From contig OZ361256.1 of the NCBI GenBank assembly GCA_977018835.1, positions 3,286,001-3,350,000 on the forward strand: a stretch of 64,000 bases of DNA, written 5' to 3'. Position 1 is the first letter of the stretch. The number at the start of each line of letters is the position of its first letter. A program made the position numbers and the translations under genes. Below the pieces are notes generated by a model. That model ran no database searches, was not told the origin of the DNA, and saw only the letters and a program-made list of their open reading frames with translations. This DNA is from Minutocellus sp. GHC0000111 (taxonomy: Eukaryota). Below are positions 45,232-58,014 of the stretch, one piece after another.

Positions 45232-48200
45232 ATGCTGTCCAGCCGTGCGCTCCTACGGAGGGCCCGCGTCCCTCCCGCAGCGGTCGCATCGACATGCGCT
45301 GGTAATAATTCCTTCACCACCTCTCCTCCCGAGGCGTCCGTATCGCGGAGGAGGTGGCGGTCCACCAACACCGACGCATCGTCGCGCAACTTTTCGGGCC
45401 TTTCTCCCCAAAACGAGCACGCGTCGTTTTCGGCGTGGTCCAATTGGGGCCTCCCCCAGCTTCTCGTCAACGTGCCCAAAGGTAAGATGGAGTGAAAGTA
45501 TTGCGGGGCAACGAGCAGTGTGACGCAGACCGATGACAGGAAATTCTGTTTTCGGCAGACATGCATGCTTGTGGAGTTAGATTGGTATCTCTCGTTTTCT
45601 TCATTGGTCGTAAAACATCGTACCTCATTTCGCGCATTGGTATCTTTTCCTTCTCTGTGTTCCTTCTCCCAGGATTCGAGAATTTCTTCCCCAAAGGTCA
45701 GGTACCTCCGCCGAAAAAGTCCAAGAACGATGACTCATCCGATGAAGACAAGTCGGCAAGCGAAAGCGGAGGAGGAGACAAGAAGACGACAGCAAAGAAG
45801 CACCCCGACGACAATGGCGATTCGGTCTTTGAGCAATTTGCCAAACGATCGCGGGAGCAGCAGAAGAATGGCGGGTCGGGAAATAACAACAAGGGAGGAA
45901 GCGGCGGTGGCGGTGGGCCGAACCAGCAGCAGGAGGACAAGCAGCAGGTCGGGGCGGCGATTGCCATGCTACTTCTGGTGTTGGCCGCACGAAATATTGT
46001 GGACGAGGAGGGTCTGGGCAATGGTCGGGAGGTGAGATGTTGCATCTTCGTGTATCTTTGAGAAAGATGCGAAATGAAGCACATTTTTTTGTTTGATTTT
46101 ACATTTCCAGCACAACTTGCGCTCACATACATTTCCTCTTCGTTCATCTATTCAAATCATTAATTCAACTACGTAGGTAACATGGACCGACTTCCGCAAT
46201 TACATGCTGGAGCCCGGCGACGTGGACAAGATTGAGGTGGTGAACAAGAAGTACGCCCGCGTCTACCTCCGACCGGGTGCCCGTGGCGTCCCTCTGCAGC
46301 ATCGACCCGGCGTCAATGTGATGCCCACTTCCTCGGGTGGCATCCCCCCCTCGTCGCAAACCATTACCACCAAGCGCCGACGCGATGTTGACGGAGAATG
46401 GGACGACGGCACCGTCATGGATATGGGATCGGTCAGCTCTGATGCCACGGCAGCAACGTCCGGTGGCTTTGCGTCACGATTGCCCGGCATGGATGCTCAG
46501 TCTGGTGCCGCCAGTGGCAGTGGTGGACATCAGCTCGTGTATCATTTCAACATTGGCAGTGTGGAATCCTTCGAGGAGAAGTTGTCCCGATCGCAGCAAG
46601 AGCTTGGCATCGCACCGCGGAACTTTGTGCCGGTCCAATACGTGACCGAGACCAATTGGGCTATGGAGCTCATCAAATCGGCACCCATGCTCCTCATGGT
46701 GGGCGTTACGGTCTACATGCTCCGTGGTATGGGCGGTATGGGTGGTGCCGGTGGACGCGGCGGTGGTATGGGTGGAATGGGTGGCATGTTTCAGATTGGC
46801 AAATCCAACGCCAAGAAAATTAACAAGGAGGATGTCAGCGTTACCTTCAAGGACGTAGCTGGATGTCAGGAGGCCAAGAAGGAGATTATGGAATTCGTGG
46901 ACTTTTTGCAGGATTCCACCAGATTTACCAAACTCGGTGCCAAGATCCCCAAGGGTGCCATGCTTTGTGGTCCGCCAGGTACTGGTAAGACGCTACTGGC
47001 CGAGGCCTTGGCGGGGGAGGCCGGTGTGCCGTTTTACTCCATTTCGGGTTCGGACTTTATCGAGATGTTTGTCGGCGTCGGTCCTTCGCGTGTCCGTAAT
47101 CTGTTCAAGGAGGCTCGACAGAATGCTCCCTGCATCATTTTCATTGATGAGATTGATGCCGTTGGTCGTAAGCGTGGCCGGGGCGGCTTCTCGGGTGGCA
47201 ATGATGAGCGAGAGAATACTTTGAACCAGCTTCTTGTCGAAATGGACGGTTTCAACCCCTCCACAGGTGTCGTTGTTCTTGCCGGTACCAACCGAGTCGA
47301 CATCTTGGATGATGCATTGAACCGACCGGGTCGTTTTGATCGTCAGATTGTCGTTGATCGGCCTGATATCCAAGGACGAAAAGAAATTTTCATGGTCCAT
47401 TTGCAGGGCATTACTCTAGACGGCGAACCGGAAGAAGTTGCTGGTAGATTAGCTGGTCTCACGCCTGGCTTTGCCGGTGCTGATATCGCCAACATTTGTA
47501 ATGAGGCCGCCATTGTTGCCGCAAGACGCAAGGCGGAGGCCGTTTCAATGGAAGATTTTGAGAAGGCGACCGATCGAGTCATTGGCGGTCTCGAGAGCAA
47601 CAAGATCATGTCCGACGAAGAGCGTAGCATCGTTGCCTATCATGAGGCTGGTCATGCCGTGGCTGGTTGGTTCCTTGAACATGCCGACCCGCTGCTCAAG
47701 GTCACCATTGTCCCCAGAAGCAGCGGCGCTCTTGGTTACGCCCAGTACCTTCCCAAGGAAGTCTTCCTCCGAACTCAAACTCAGATCATGGATACTGTGT
47801 GCATGGCCCTTGCCGGCCGAGCAGCCGAGCAATTCTTCTTCGGTCGAGTAACCACCGGCGCCAGTAATGATCTACAAAAGGTGACCAACATCGTCTATTC
47901 AACCATTCAAGAATATGGTATGAATACCAAGGTTGGACAGCTCGCCTTCCCTAAGGACCCCAACGCTGGCCCTGGCGATAAGCCTTACTCTGATGCCACC
48001 GCCGAAGCAATGGATGAAGAAGCCCGACGAATTGTTGACGAGGCCTACGAGAGAACTCTGGACCTGATCACCGAACGAAAGGAGGAGGTCGAGAAGATTG
48101 CCAAGTTCCTTCTCGAGCAGGAGACTATCACACATGACGACGTAGTGGACTGCATCGGTCCTCGACCCTTTGAGGGTGACGAGGCTTACAATGAATATGT

Positions 48201-48330
48201 GAGCAAGCGAGCCAACAAGAAAGAGGAGGAGCATGCTGATGCGCAGGAGGAAAGGAAGGAAGAGGAGGAGGTTGAGGATATCGGGAGTGGCACCGGTGGC
48301 TTGACGCCCGGCCTGGCCTTTCGAGGGTAG
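45232..48330 (+). CDS. AFG3: Mitochondrial m-AAA protease, AFG3/FtsH family; exons 45232-45481, 45673-46031, 46177-48330
   Basis: VPKG|FENFFP, TM helices, Walker A GPPGTGKT, Walker B FIDEID, SRH RPGRFDR and HEAGH zinc motif. Both GT-AG introns keep frame. Confidence 0.93.
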
Positions 48331-48439
48331 ATTAGCGGGCTATGTAGCTATGAAATTATGCGACATATGTGCAGCTCATATGTTCTGGCCGCAGCGATAA
48401 GTTAAGGCTACACATGGGTTTAATAAACATTTTAAGATG

Positions 48440-50536
48440 CTACTCCGTGCAATAGGTAGATGCCTGATCGCCATTCCAATTTCGTTCATTCATCTCTCCA
48501 ATATCGGATACAGAAGCTACGCTTTGTATTCCGACGCGGTGCAGTTCCTCAAGAAGTATATTCTGAGAAACAGTATGATTAACAAAGGTAGCAAATGCTT
48601 CCCCAATACCTTCGTACTTTTCATACAATTTCATATCATACTCGGAATCGCCCGAGCAAAAATTCCAAACCAAATGATACTCAATAAGGATAACCGAATG
48701 TTCGTCTGTTGAATAGTGTTGAAACGACAAGTCGAAAAGTACAAGGCGGGGGAGGTCGGCCGAAGTTGCGCCATATTTATCAGGACTCAGAAAACGTTGG
48801 AGAATCTCGAGTTAAAATATAAGAAGATCGAGCCCATCAAACTCATCGGCATTTTTGACGTAAAATTTTTGACTGTATGTCCTAGCGCGGCGGTGTTCGC
48901 TTGGGTGCAGTACCGAGCTCCCATCCGGGGGTGCAATATTGGATGGTTGCTGCTCGGATGACGAGGGCATTTCTGTAGGAGACTCTGTCGTCGGCTCTGT
49001 AACCCAGTCAAAATCGCCTTCAGCAAAGACAATATCCTCGACTTTATTTACATGAATGTGGGTGTCCGATCCAAATCCACTTGAATTGAGAAAGGTTTTG
49101 AACCCTCCCCAACCATTTACTTCCCTTGGAAATGTCTCGCCCAAGATCTCAATACTACTCTCATCGTAATATCTAGACCGCCATGTCATGAAAAAATACA
49201 GTCTAATATCACGGGAAGGAAACAACTCCTTCTAGTGCAAGACTGAACATTTTGTCGTGATACGCGGATGAACGTAGAGAGCAGAACATAATTGTGCATC
49301 CGAGAATTCATAAGATGCTCGCTTGTAGCCAGCATTGATCGGTTCGTAGATATCAACGAGTACGGCAGCGGCTTTGGCAAACTTAAAAAATGTCCAAGAG
49401 AGAAAAGCTCAGATCTTGAGGCCTGTGTCGATTGCTCTTATACTGCCAATCGATGTCGACCTCATAGAGCTTTGAGAAAGAGTGCTCACTTGCACTTGAA
49501 GGTTGCGCGGACTCTGTAGATGGCAAGGTAGGAAGAGACGAGGGGCTTGAACTCGGAAGAGAAGTCTCGGGAGGCACTGGGGGACCACCTCTCTTTCCTT
49601 TATCGTAACAGAGTTTAGTCGGGTTGTGGCAAAAATCTAATTCGTGTAGACAGTGATCATGGTCAGTACAGTAGCACACTTTATGATTGAGCAGACTTTT
49701 GTAGTATTGTTTCCGGTTTTCCTTTTCTTCTCCCTGGAGAGAAGCGGGGAACAAAGGCTTCAAATCTGTGTCCAGAGGTGACACTTTGAAGTAATATAGA
49801 ACATCGTCCTCGTTCAATTCTCTACTGTTAGTACTCCACTTTTACATTCCTCATCCTTTTCACACATTGCGTTGCCGAAATATGGATCAGACGCCCAATA
49901 ATGGCTTGTTGCACCAACAATAATTGCTGCTGAAGCAACAATAGAAGCAAATGCAGCCATGCGCCGATTCATTTTTTCGAGGATGCCTTTGCGTCCCTCA
50001 TTCTCATCGTCTTCACGACCATCGGGTACTTCTACGTCACTTCTGTTCGGCTTTTTCCCTTTCATCGCACCGGCAATCGTACCGATCGATACAGCTATTG
50101 ATGCCATCGCGGCGAGAAAGCGGCTAGTCCGAGCAATGAAAATGCTGTGATTCATCTGGCGATTGGGCGGCTCTTTGCCTTTTTCGTCTTCTGTCTCCTC
50201 TATTGTCTCGAATGCGCCACCTTTTCCGCCGTCGGCAACTTTTGAGGTGGTAAGACCAAGCGATGCAAAAAGTGACGGCCGCGATTCTGCGATCGTTTCA
50301 TTGAGTTCATCGTGCGAAGTATGGAACTCTGTCGCACCAAGATCAATACCTTGGTCAAAATCAACGCCAATCTCGCTCTCTTTTCTCTGATGGACGATCG
50401 GCAAGACTTTCATTGATCCATCGCCGCGCGAGAATGAATTGCGCCTTGTCATGTTGTCTTCGAGGAGAGCTGGTATACCTTCGGAGGGGCGAATGAAATG
50501 AGGACCCCTTGATTTGATCTCGTTTGTGCACTTCAT
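48440..50536 (-). pseudogene. Multiply frameshifted membrane-anchored extracellular protein
   Basis: Successive ORFs 49814-50614, 49383-49817, 48812-49225 and 48440-48730. They contain two similar hydrophobic segments, a Cys-rich patch and PSS/PT linkers. Small introns cannot be excluded. Confidence 0.5.
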
Positions 50537-50796
50537 ATTTAACGTCGTTTGTGAGTTCGATTGCCGTTGACTTGCCCATGATCTAAATTTTGCATCTCCC
50601 CTTCGCGATATCACAAACCCCGTCCGACAGAGCTTAAATCATTTCAAATGACTGGGTCATTAGGGTCTTGAAACATAATCTTGTCACATTTGATGTATGA
50701 CTTGTAACAAAACCTAAAGTATTGAAGCGAAAATTTGAAAAGATACTTCGTATCGATCTACTACATGCATGTCACGATACACGCTACGCTGCAGCC

Positions 50797-51825
50797 ATGA
50801 ATTCAAGAGCCACCTCATCAGCTACTAGTCTCCCAATTATTGCTTCGGCGGTAGTGATCGCTGCATCATCTTACTATCTCTGGAAACGGATTATCAAGAG
50901 AAGCGGATCCAGCATCACTGTTACCGCCCTCAACATTTTTCCTGTCAAATCATGCCGCGAACTTCCGGTAGATGTCGGAGTCCCAACGCCTCGAGGATTC
51001 GCCGGCGATCGCATCGCGCAGGTTACTGATGCAAACGGCAAGTATTGCACACCGCGGGAGAAGGACAAGGACAAATTGTTCCATGTGCAGGCCGAGGTGT
51101 GGGGTGATGACAGGCTCATCTTGCGCTCACCAGATGTCGAGGAAACGATTGAGATTGACACCAGTACAGAAAAGACGTTCACGTCGAAGAGCGTCGAGGT
51201 TTCGGGCGCTCCAGCCAAACTTGAGCTCTTGGATTATGGAGATGATGCAGCTCAGTGGCTTGAGAAGGCCACTGGCATCCCTGGTTGTCGTCTCACGGGA
51301 ATGGGGCCTACTTTCAATCGATCATCAGTGATCAACCCGGACCAAGGCGAAGAAATTCCGACGAGTGATGGCAAAGCCCCAGTTTCTCTTGCCGACGAGG
51401 CGTCATATCTACTCGTAAATCTTGCGTCCTTGAAGGATCTCAACAAGCGGCTCAAGGCTCGTGGCAAGAAACCCGTGGATGTAAGGCGGTTCCGCCCCAA
51501 CATTGTCATTACTGGTCTCAAGCCTTGGGAAGAGGACAGCCTCAAGAGGATTCGGATCAACGGGGTAGAGTACATGGTATGGCAACGATGTGGACGGTGC
51601 ATCATGACAACGATCGATCGAGATACTCTGGAACGTGGCCCGGAGCCACTGGCGACTCTGTCGACCTTTCGCGAAAGGGCAAATGGTCAAAGAAATTTCG
51701 GTGTTCACCTCATTCCCGTGGCGAGCACCATTGTTGATGGATCTCTTGTAGCAGTTAACGACGAAGTTGAGGTGCTGGAATACGATGAGGACCGGCGTAA
51801 GGAGTGGCTCGAGTTGTTTGGTTAG
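50797..51825 (+). CDS. MOSC-domain molybdoprotein (mARC-like)
   Basis: N-terminal anchor, IFPVKSC, GDR, RRFRPNIV, CGRCIMTTID and NFGVHL. Confidence 0.9.
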   Translation: MNSRATSSATSLPIIASAVVIAASSYYLWKRIIKRSGSSITVTALNIFPVKSCRELPVDVGVPTPRGFAGDRIAQVTDANGKYCTPREKDKDKLFHVQAEVWGDDRLILRSPDVEETIEIDTSTEKTFTSKSVEVSGAPAKLELLDYGDDAAQWLEKATGIPGCRLTGMGPTFNRSSVINPDQGEEIPTSDGKAPVSLADEASYLLVNLASLKDLNKRLKARGKKPVDVRRFRPNIVITGLKPWEEDSLKRIRINGVEYMVWQRCGRCIMTTIDRDTLERGPEPLATLSTFRERANGQRNFGVHLIPVASTIVDGSLVAVNDEVEVLEYDEDRRKEWLELFG

Positions 51826-51865
51826 GGGAGCATGAATACTTTAGATCACATGACTAAAACAAGAC

Positions 51866-53182
51866 TTATGTACTATCGGTATCTTTACATGCAATCTCTG
51901 TCAGTACTTCCGCAAGAGTCAGGTTCAGGAAGGATCTTCTACTCAATCCAAGAAGCAGAGCACTGATTATAATAAATGAACCATAACTCAGTATCTCTGG
52001 GATAAGATTTTCAGGATCACCAATTTGAGCGTTTGTTATTAGTGCAGTGATATCTCGACTTACAATCTGAGTCCCGAAGAAGACGAGGCTAGTTATACAG
52101 AGCCATGTTTGGTATTTGATTGATGCAAGCTGCTTATCAAATCGCCAGGCAGAAAAGATTGAAGAATGTGCGCCCTCCCTGTCGGCTTCATCACCAAGAG
52201 CATCTTGCGGTGGCAAGATTCCAAGATCACCGGAGGAAGATCTCAGCAAAAATGGAATTCTATCAGTTTTTGCAATAGCTGAATGCCAATAGTTCCAGAG
52301 TCCCCAAGCGATTGAAATGCCAACTATTGCTGCAGACGGATAGAAGGCCCCTTGAGTACCGTAAAAGTACCCAGACGAATCTGCGGCATTTGCAGATACA
52401 GCATTGACCACGTCATGCGACAGATCGACCGAGTTTTCAAGCGCTAGTGCTGGCATCAGTGGAATCCAAGTAAGAGGCGTCAGTTCCACAAATTCCAGAA
52501 GATTTTTGCCGAATTCATTTGCTATTAAAGGCTCGATCAAAGCATTCGATGGTAGTTTGCCTTCTTGGACGAAACACTCTCTAGCGAGCAATGTTCTCGC
52601 TCCTCATTGCTTTGAGTTCGAGGCAAGGTCATCAATCATGAGAAAAATGTTTGATGCGTCATTTCTCTTTGCGTTGTGAATGAAATCATTCTGGTCCAAA
52701 ATGCTAGCAATCGTTGGAAGACTGGCCATGCAGCTGCCACCTTTATCCAAGCCGACCCCCTCCATCGTTTTCACTTCCTCGCACTCTCTCAAGCTCGACC
52801 AAATGAAGAGACCGGCGGTGACAAAAAACCCCACGCCAACCTGAAAGAACGCCAGGTGCAAAAACTCAAATGATTCCAGTAGCATCTCCTCATCTCCCAA
52901 ATGTTCTTCCGAAAGACTGGACAGCGCAACATGCAGCGGACATCCTGCGGCATCTAGGAGCAGGCCAACAAATCCAAGACCTGCAAATTCGCCAAGGACG
53001 CTTTCAACCACTGGGCGGAGAGTGCTTGGCATCTCTTCACGAAGATGTTCCACCGACTTTTCCCACATGTAGAGAAGTGCAACAATTGTTGTCATGATGG
53101 AAAGAGACCAGAATGCAGGTGCAAATAGCAGGCCGCTGCTGCCGCCACTGATGGCATCTTTGTTAGCCAGCAAAATTGACAT
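51866..53182 (-). pseudogene. MLO-like membrane protein, disabled
   Basis: WEKSVEHL...VVESVLGEFAGLGFVGLLL matches the MLO E-L-x-x-LGF pattern, plus FEFLH and EFVELTPLTW. In-frame TGA at 52604-52606 lies between ORFs 52604-53182 and 51866-52591. Confidence 0.6.
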
Positions 53183-53327
53183 TCGGTCGCCTCAAGAATG
53201 ACCAAGGCAGTGACGACGGAAATGGTGGTTCCGTTAGGTCGTCGTCCTCCATGGACACAGCGTTGACCTGGCCTCGGCATAGGTTCAGGTGACGCTCGCT
53301 CGACAGATGCTTGGCATGTTCGATCGC

Positions 53328-55035
53328 TCAGGCCAACCTCGGCGTCGACAACGGCTGTCGATGATCGAGGCTGACGTTGGGGATTGGTCCATGTCGATCG
53401 TTCACATCATTCAGAGCGTGGCCGATGAAATGGACGTCATGCTCGGAAGGTGATCCATGCAGTGGCCTGTAGATCGATGGTTGTTGAACAAGAAATTGTG
53501 CCGTCTTGTTGAATTGAGGCCTGTCGAGAGGAGGAACAGCTGGGCTTGGACGAGAGTGGAATAGTCCAATCGGCATAGCTGGTGGAATGGCACCAATAGG
53601 TAGAGAGTGACGTTGGATGCGACGTAGATACAGATCCCTTGGCTTAAGGTCTACATGTAGAGGTGGTGGCTGATCCATGGCAGATCTACTCGTACATGTG
53701 GTTGCTGGAGCACTTGCTTGTTGAACACTTGTCGGAAGTGAGTCCAATTCCACATCCTCTAGACACCGGGGAGGATATGCAGGATGGACTAAACTTTTCG
53801 CATCGTGTGAGGAAGCCACTGAAGCTGCCATGGTGGCATGTTTCTGCGAACTTTCGATCCGCTCAAAAGTAGGCATGTCATGCACATCGCCTGAGGCAGA
53901 AATCGGATCCAGGACCTCGTTCGCAGTACATGTAAGCCTTGCAGTATCTGAAGGTGGTCCCTTATTCGAGTCCTGGGACGTTGCATCGTTGATATATGTA
54001 TTATTTTGTTCGGTTTTGTATGTGTTTTCGCATGACGACAAATCGGCATTGGTTAGATCTGTGGTTGGCAGTTTGTATTGTATGTAATCGGTCGGGTTGA
54101 ATTTTACATTATAGTACGCTGTACTTACGTCAGTGGTAACGATGCATGGATCTTCGAAGGAGGAGGGGTCGCCTTGACGGACGGTGGCTCGACTCCTGTC
54201 GGATGCAAGGGAGAGACGACGATCGGCGGTCGAAAATGCATCGGCTACTTTCGACCTGCCAAAGGTTGCAGCTACTGCACTACGCAGCTGCTCGACTCCC
54301 CGCTTGACGGCGGCACTTGGTGCACGGAAGGCCGCCATAAAACAGCGTGACGGAGCGGCATCGCCCCGGTTGACAAGGTCTGGGACGATGGCGGCGGAGA
54401 CATCCTGTTCGCCGACGACAATGGTCGACGAGCCGACGATGGACCCTTTGGTAGGGATGATCTGGTCGTGTGAATTCAATGAAGTTTGGGACGTTTCGTT
54501 AGTGGGAGTATCGCGATAATTCATTCTGTGTGGGTTTGATATAAATGTAGGCCTTCTACTTACCTTCGACGAGCTGGACTTCTTCTTCGCTACTTTGTCG
54601 ATGCTGCTCGGCGGGACGACGACGGTGGATGCGGCGGCATTCTCGTTCTTCACCTGTCGTAGGAGCTCCTTCTCTTCCTCGGTGAGTTTCATGTCCCTCA
54701 CCTTGCCATCTGCCTTGGCCTTCCTGGCGCGACGACGAGGGTCTATTTTGTCATCGTCTGGTGGGTCTTTCTTCTTCCCATAAAAGTTGTCTCCGGAGAC
54801 ACGGGTAGTAATCTTGGCAGCGCTCTGACTGCTGAGGAGGTCGTGAATGTTGGCACGACCATCGGGATTGACGTCGAGTAGAAGACGCTCGACTTCTTTG
54901 ATGTGCCAGGGATTTTTGTTTGGATTTTTCTTTGCTTCGTCGAAGGCGGCGAAGACTTGTTCGAGGGTGGCATAATTGGGTAGGCCCAAAAGGGCATGGA
55001 TCGTTGTGACATTGTCCTTCGGAGTGGAAACCATG
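53328..55035 (-). CDS. Low-complexity ORF, possibly the N-terminal gag-region ORF of a truncated LTR retrotransposon
   Basis: About 570 aa S/T/P/D-rich ORF starting roughly 300 bp downstream of, and co-oriented with, the LTR-like sequence. No integrase or RT motifs present. Confidence 0.4.
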
Positions 55036-55352
55036 ATGTTTTCTCGGTAGTACATCTATCTTATGTGGCCACAAAAGGTTGATATAGTTATGCAATTGTT
55101 CTTACTTTAGTTGTACGTTCTGTTGAAGAAAGTGTGAAAAGAAAAGCAGTGAAAAAGCATGCCAGCCACATCGCGAGGTTCGCCGAGCGATGTAGGCCGA
55201 AGCTTTGGTGTTCGGTTCGACGATTTGGGAACCTAGGAAAGACATTGGTTTACTTAGAGTCTGACGCTTGGTGCGTCATAGATCTATGTCTTTTTATCCG
55301 CTTCGTTAGTAAGCTCCATTCTCATGTTTCTCTAGTGCTGCTGCTAGTTCCA

Positions 55353-55665
55353 TGCTGGGAATGAGTGAGCTTTGAGGGCCCTCAAACTGTTCTCGTGTAT
55401 GTCCTAAAATCCCTACGGCAATCAGGGCTCGTGTGCAGGACATATCTCAGACTAGCTGGGGCAGTTAATAATAAGTGTATAGACCTGGCTGTGCAGGATT
55501 GGCTCTATTAGGCTCTAACGACTATGTCTTTGTAGGCCGAAGGCCGAAGGTGTATCCTGAGGTGCGAACCACACACCTCCGGGTTTCCTTTATGGTCCGG
55601 GTCCCTCGGATGGGGTTTTAGTCCAATGAGTCACGTGAACAATGTCGAGATCCGAGATCCCAACA
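55353..55665 (-). mobile_element. LTR-like sequence (313 bp), probable 5' LTR of a truncated retroelement
   Basis: Minus strand begins TGTTGGGA and ends TCCCAGCA (TG..CA with 7/8 inverted ends), followed directly by TGG. Internal perfect palindrome TTTGAGGGCCCTCAAA. The 5-bp flanks do not match. Confidence 0.5.
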
Positions 55666-55972
55666 GTAGCGGATGTGTCATCATCAAAGACGAATGTTTT
55701 CCCATTAGAACGATGGTGATGTAGGGGTGTGCCCAGGAAAAGGCGAGCGAGACTGTGCATCATGCCAAGTCCACAACCTCACCGTCTGCCGGCGAAGTCG
55801 ATCAGCTTCCACGCGAAGGGTTCGCATCAAGCCACGTGGTTCGCAGAAACCGGGATCAGAATTAACCAAATTGGTCCCGTCGCGAAATCGAAAGAAGCCA
55901 GCGTTCTTCGATGAGTTGAGTTGAGTTGAGTTGACATGCTAAAATATCCTTGGCTGCATTCCCCTGCATGCT

Positions 55973-56695
55973 ATGAGACCAACGCCGCTTCTCCTCACCG
56001 CAGCCTGTCTGGCAGGCACTTCTGCCTTTTCGGCAAAGTCAGTGCGCAGTGCGCGAGAGACACGCCCGAGCCCTCCGCTGAGGCTTTGCGCACAAAAAGA
56101 CGATGAACTTGATGTCGGGCCGCATCAAGATATGCTCGCAGACAACCTCAACCGAGAAAGATACTTGAGGGCTTTGGAATGCTCCAAGACGGATGAACTT
56201 TGCGACGTGGAGGAGATGAATATGCTAACCAGTGGTGAGTGAATGATGGGAGACGTCACTGTTGCGCCTGGCTGGAAAAGCAAGACATGTGGATTCTTTC
56301 TCACGACCTTTTCTAATGCAATTGCAATCCGACGCCATCAAATTCATCGAGAAGAGTTTGAGCAAGTGTTGGACGACGGAATTTCCTACAGCCAAGAATT
56401 TGACCAACACGTGGCAAAATATGTGCCAGATTTGTACTCGGATCTGAAGCAAAGGTAAGGACCAAACGAGTTACCGATGTGGCAAAAAAGTCATTTTTCA
56501 TGCGGACCTTTGGTGCGGCGTATATCTTACGACCACGTCTTTCTCTTCCATTACGCAACCGGATCGATACAATGTAGGATGAAGGAATTGAATATCAAGG
56601 TGAACAAAATCACCTCGGACTATAGACAAGCAAACAGAGACGATTGGGAGCAATACCTCGGCGGCATTTATGGAACGTCAGGACTGATTTCCTGA
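55973..56695 (+). CDS. Small plastid-targeted hypothetical protein, three exons
   Basis: Signal peptide + TSA-F and RALECS...LCDVEEM motif. Donors GTGAGT (56235) and GTAAGG (about 56455); exon frames are compatible. Confidence 0.55.
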
Positions 56696-56952
56696 CACGC
56701 GATAGAGGGCAATGCTATGGCATGCGTGCGCATGGTGGCCAGATAACTTGGCACTGCACTACAAGTGCACTTCACTCGGCACCAAGCAAAGTTTAATGCT
56801 TGTTGCTAGCTAGACTCGAAGACATGAACCAAATTGCTAACTCGTATAACTTATACATTTCATGTACCTGTTACAAATCAGCAAAGAATGTCACTAGTAG
56901 GCGAGTTAGGTGATCGTTGGGACGAATCAAATTTACCTATCTACTTTCTCGT

Positions 56953-58014
56953 CTACTTATTCGGCATCTTGTCGATATCGCTGTGCAAGAGCTCAGATTT
57001 GTCTTTGCTCATTGTATAGAACATTCCGCTTTCAGATCCCTTGCCGGCACTGTCATCAAATAATAATCGCATCGCCGCCTCGACCCCTTCGTGTGGGGTT
57101 TGGGCTCCATTTGTCTCCTCCCGAGTCATTCCTTCATATCGTGGCATCTTGAGTATCAAGTCGGTATACACAAGACCAGGGTCGAAAGAGTTGATTCGCA
57201 GCTTGGGATGAGACCGAGCCAGTGCCTTCATGTACACATCGGCAAACATCTTGGAGAGGCCATACATGTGGAAACCAGGTGCCGATTCGGCAAAGGGACC
57301 ACCAGGAAAACCCAATGCCTCAAATGCCTTGGGCCGATCTTCTTCCGACGAGGACGTATACGTTTTCAAGCATTCATCAATCATTGGCTGGATGGTCTCA
57401 TCCCACGTGCAGGATGGATCCATCATGGCACTCTGTCTATCCTCACTGGAATATCCATGCATCAATGGTCCGAGCCCACTGGAAACGACGATGAGCCGTC
57501 CGTCGTCTTGCAACAATGGCAGGAAGGCATCACATACCCTTCGAACACCGGTTGCACACACTTCCATCAGTTCCGATAATGGATATCCCCACAATATGCC
57601 GGCGTTGCTCACCACGCCATACAGACTCTGGCTCTCATCTGGCGACGATTGAAGAATATCTTGAACGCACCTGGCGGCCGATGCAACGGACTCGTCGGAT
57701 GTCACGTCCAATTGAATGACCTCGACCCGATCCACATTGTCGTCGATGCACGTCGCTATACCCCTTTGCGCTAATTCTCGTCTCAGTTTATCGGCGGCAA
57801 AATTTCCCCGTTCCTCATCTCGGCTGCACAGCAAGACGCGCGTGTCGTCGTGCTCGGATAGTATCCGATCACAAAGGGCATAGCCTTGGCCTTTGTTGGC
57901 ACCGGTGACGAGTATTGTCTTGATTGGCGGTGGTTTGGCCGCAAAGGCCGAGACGGTGGATGCTACCAGAAGGAGCAAGGAGGGGAAGCAGATAAAACAG
58001 AGAAGGCTCATCAT
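56953..58014 (-). CDS. Short-chain dehydrogenase/reductase (carbonyl-reductase-like) with signal peptide
   Basis: TGANKGQG, QLDVT, SNAG, VSS, YGLSK and DPGLVYTD. Leader SA-FAA. Confidence 0.88.
   Translation of the reverse strand: MMSLLCFICFPSLLLLVASTVSAFAAKPPPIKTILVTGANKGQGYALCDRILSEHDDTRVLLCSRDEERGNFAADKLRRELAQRGIATCIDDNVDRVEVIQLDVTSDESVASAARCVQDILQSSPDESQSLYGVVSNAGILWGYPLSELMEVCATGVRRVCDAFLPLLQDDGRLIVVSSGLGPLMHGYSSEDRQSAMMDPSCTWDETIQPMIDECLKTYTSSSEEDRPKAFEALGFPGGPFAESAPGFHMYGLSKMFADVYMKALARSHPKLRINSFDPGLVYTDLILKMPRYEGMTREETNGAQTPHEGVEAAMRLLFDDSAGKGSESGMFYTMSKDKSELLHSDIDKMPNK

Noticed and set aside
40498..52606. TGA reassigned to Trp or Sec (in-frame TGA in AMT1 and the MLO-like gene)
   Set aside because: TGG is used normally, intact genes terminate at TGA (e.g. 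2306, 21784), and in-frame TAG and TAA stops also occur. Nonsense mutation is simpler.
53328..55055. J-domain (DnaJ) call for the N-terminus HALLGL...ATLEQV
   Set aside because: There is no HPD motif and the similarity is too short.
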